Below, piece by piece: positions 30,615 to 32,000 of a stretch of 32,000 nt of DNA. The DNA comes from Candidatus Methanoperedens sp. (lineage in GTDB: Archaea; Halobacteriota; Methanosarcinia; Methanosarcinales; Methanoperedenaceae): the NCBI GenBank assembly GCA_028715885.1, contig JAQUQX010000014.1, forward strand, positions 6,038 to 38,037, given 5' to 3'. A program made the position numbers and the translations under genes. The notes under the pieces were generated by a model. It ran no database searches and was not told the DNA's origin. It saw nothing but the letters and a program-made list of their open reading frames with translations. Numbering within the stretch: the first letter of the stretch is position 1; every line of letters starts with the position of its first letter.

Positions 30615-31408
30615 GTTTCTCCGTATATTTCTTCCTGTATCGAAGTTATCTTGGGTTCTTCGCCGCATACGGGGCACTGCTTATTCCAGCGCATTTTAAT
30701 CTCATCGAAAGTCATGTTGAGCGCATCGTAGTATATAAGCCGCCCTGTGAGCAACTCGCCTATGCCGAGAAGGTATTTCACCACTTCGGTAGCCTGGATT
30801 ACTCCTATTATGCCCGGCAGCACGCCAAGCACTCCCGCTTCCTGGCAGCTCGGCACCATTCCGGGGGGAGGCGCATGTTCAAAGAGGCACCTGTAGCATG
30901 GTCCCTTGTGCGGTATTATGGTGGTAACCTGTCCTTCGAACCGGTATATGCTGCCGTGGGAGAGGGGTTTGTTTGTGAGGACGCATGCATCGTTCACGAG
31001 ATAGCGGGTTGCGAAATTATCAGAGCCGTCAACCACGATATCATATTCCTTGAAAATGTCGATGACGTTATTTGCGTTCAGCCTCTCGATATAAGTTTTT
31101 ACCTCGATATCGGGATTGAGGTTATTGACGAACTGTTTTGCGGATTCAACCTTTGGTTTTCCCACGTTCCCGCCGTGGATTACCTGTCGCTGGAGATTGC
31201 TCAGGTCAACGGTGTCGTCGTCGATAATACCGAGCGTTCCCACGCCTGCGGCTGCAAGGTATTCGATTATTGGCGCCCCAAGACCGCCTGCGCCTATGCA
31301 TAATACCTTTGAGTTTAACAGTTTCTTTTGTCCTTTCCCGCCAACCTCTGGTAAGATGATGTGGCGCGAGTATCTTCTTATCTGTTCTTCGCTGAATCCG
31401 CCTAACAT
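30602..31408 (-). CDS. ThiF/MoeB/HesA-family E1-like adenylyltransferase
   Basis: 268 aa. RYSRHIILPEVGGKGQKKL, the nucleotide loop VLCIGAGGLGAP, DDDTVDLSNLQRQ, and zinc-site Cys pairs CYRC...CPVCG. No rhodanese domain. Confidence 0.88.
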   Translation of the reverse strand: MLGGFSEEQIRRYSRHIILPEVGGKGQKKLLNSKVLCIGAGGLGAPIIEYLAAAGVGTLGIIDDDTVDLSNLQRQVIHGGNVGKPKVESAKQFVNNLNPDIEVKTYIERLNANNVIDIFKEYDIVVDGSDNFATRYLVNDACVLTNKPLSHGSIYRFEGQVTTIIPHKGPCYRCLFEHAPPPGMVPSCQEAGVLGVLPGIIGVIQATEVVKYLLGIGELLTGRLIYYDALNMTFDEIKMRWNKQCPVCGEEPKITSIQEEIYGETCRI

Positions 31409-31555
31409 TGTATCACCATATTATTACTGGGAGTATTATTTAGGCTCATAAAGTATTACTGCCATATATAATTTGTGGTAATCACAACTGCAATGCGTAG
31501 TTTCTGTATTAAGGATTTTCCACATGCTCGCAAGTGTGAAAGACGGTAAATCGTA

Positions 31556-31960
31556 TTATATGCTCTCAGATAAGAGACGTCTTCCTGACATTTCCATAGC
31601 TTTCTTTTTCACATCCAGTTCAAAAAAAGAGACCGTTTTCGTTCCCATCTTCTTTCGCGTGTACATCAACTGCCCTCCATTTTCAAGGAATAAGCTATAA
31701 ACCTCCTCGAACTGGGCTTTCTCTTCATCCGTAAGTTCGATTGTCGATGTTTTTCCGGACAAATGATTAACCGCTACCATCACATTTACTTCCCTCACCC
31801 TTTTGAGCTTTTGTCTCTCTCCTTCATTCTCGATATACACGCTTCTTTTTAACTCCGGCGACCAGCCCACGAGCTTCCGCAGGAACTCGATGAAAGTAAT
31901 GGGTACGTATTCCCCTTCCTTGGGTTTTGAAAACTGTTTGACTAAATGATACTCTTCCAT
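31556..31960 (-). CDS. hypothetical protein (134 aa)
   Basis: ATG start and TAA stop. No recognised motif. Confidence 0.45.
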   Translation of the reverse strand: MEEYHLVKQFSKPKEGEYVPITFIEFLRKLVGWSPELKRSVYIENEGERQKLKRVREVNVMVAVNHLSGKTSTIELTDEEKAQFEEVYSLFLENGGQLMYTRKKMGTKTVSFFELDVKKKAMEMSGRRLLSESI

Positions 31961-32000
31961 TTACTTAAATCTCGCAAGTGTTTCACAAATCATATTTACA

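Noticed and set aside
1-32000. Possibility that the window derives from a Borg-like extrachromosomal element of Methanoperedens, since those are reported to carry MHC and PHA genes
   Set aside because: Genes here are on both strands in short alternating blocks. Core housekeeping genes (SepCysS, PurP, HemK-like, ManC) are interspersed. I saw no perfect tandem direct-repeat arrays of the kind reported for Borgs, other than one 9-bp x2 repeat. A chromosomal origin is more likely, but this cannot be proven from 32 kb.
1-32000. Scan for CRISPR arrays, rRNA genes and tRNA genes
   Set aside because: I found no regularly spaced 25-40-nt direct repeats, no rRNA-like conserved blocks and no convincing cloverleaf. 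A proper tRNAscan-SE, Infernal or CRISPR finder run would be needed to exclude them formally.

Overview
Archaeal chromosomal window with about 40 protein-coding genes. I found no rRNA, tRNA or CRISPR array by eye. SepCysS, PurP, FwdB/FwdD-like subunits, a HemK-related methylase and an HTH-CBS regulator point to a methanogen/ANME-lineage euryarchaeon. Together with a PHA operon and a dense multiheme-cytochrome island, this resembles what is reported for ANME-2d 'Candidatus Methanoperedens'-like organisms; that is an inference I cannot verify here. Layout: (1) 1-4121, minus-strand PHA operon phaA-phaB-phaC-phaE plus a 370-aa protein built from repeated PhaE-type motifs, with a perfect 20-bp palindrome upstream. 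(2) 5168-14638, mostly housekeeping genes, including an orphan FeS-protein/fwdB/fwdD-like module, a DUF169 protein, SepCysS, an HMGL-family synthase, an AN1-rhomboid protease and a YkgJ-type Cys-cluster protein. (3) 14875-22607, a 7.7-kb extracellular-electron-transfer-type island: five multiheme c-type cytochromes carrying 36 heme-binding motifs by my count, a diheme-b-type membrane protein and a TAT-FeS/NrfD pair. This gives three different putative quinol-oxidising modules. A recurring AAAACG(G)ATAGG box lies upstream of the cytochrome transcription units. (4) 22755-26868, accessory-looking genes: a transposase N-terminal remnant, an unknown 76-aa/369-aa pair, secreted coiled-coil and lipoprotein-like proteins, and a membrane-tethered wHTH protein. 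(5) 26924-31408, purP, a manC-type gene whose conserved N-terminus lies upstream of any canonical start codon, and a ThiF/MoeB-TusA-DsrE-DsrF-DsrH sulfur-relay operon. Three of the five TAG-terminated genes are followed by open in-frame sequence, twice running directly into the next gene. All calls rest on manual motif reading of the supplied ORF translations. No database search was possible.
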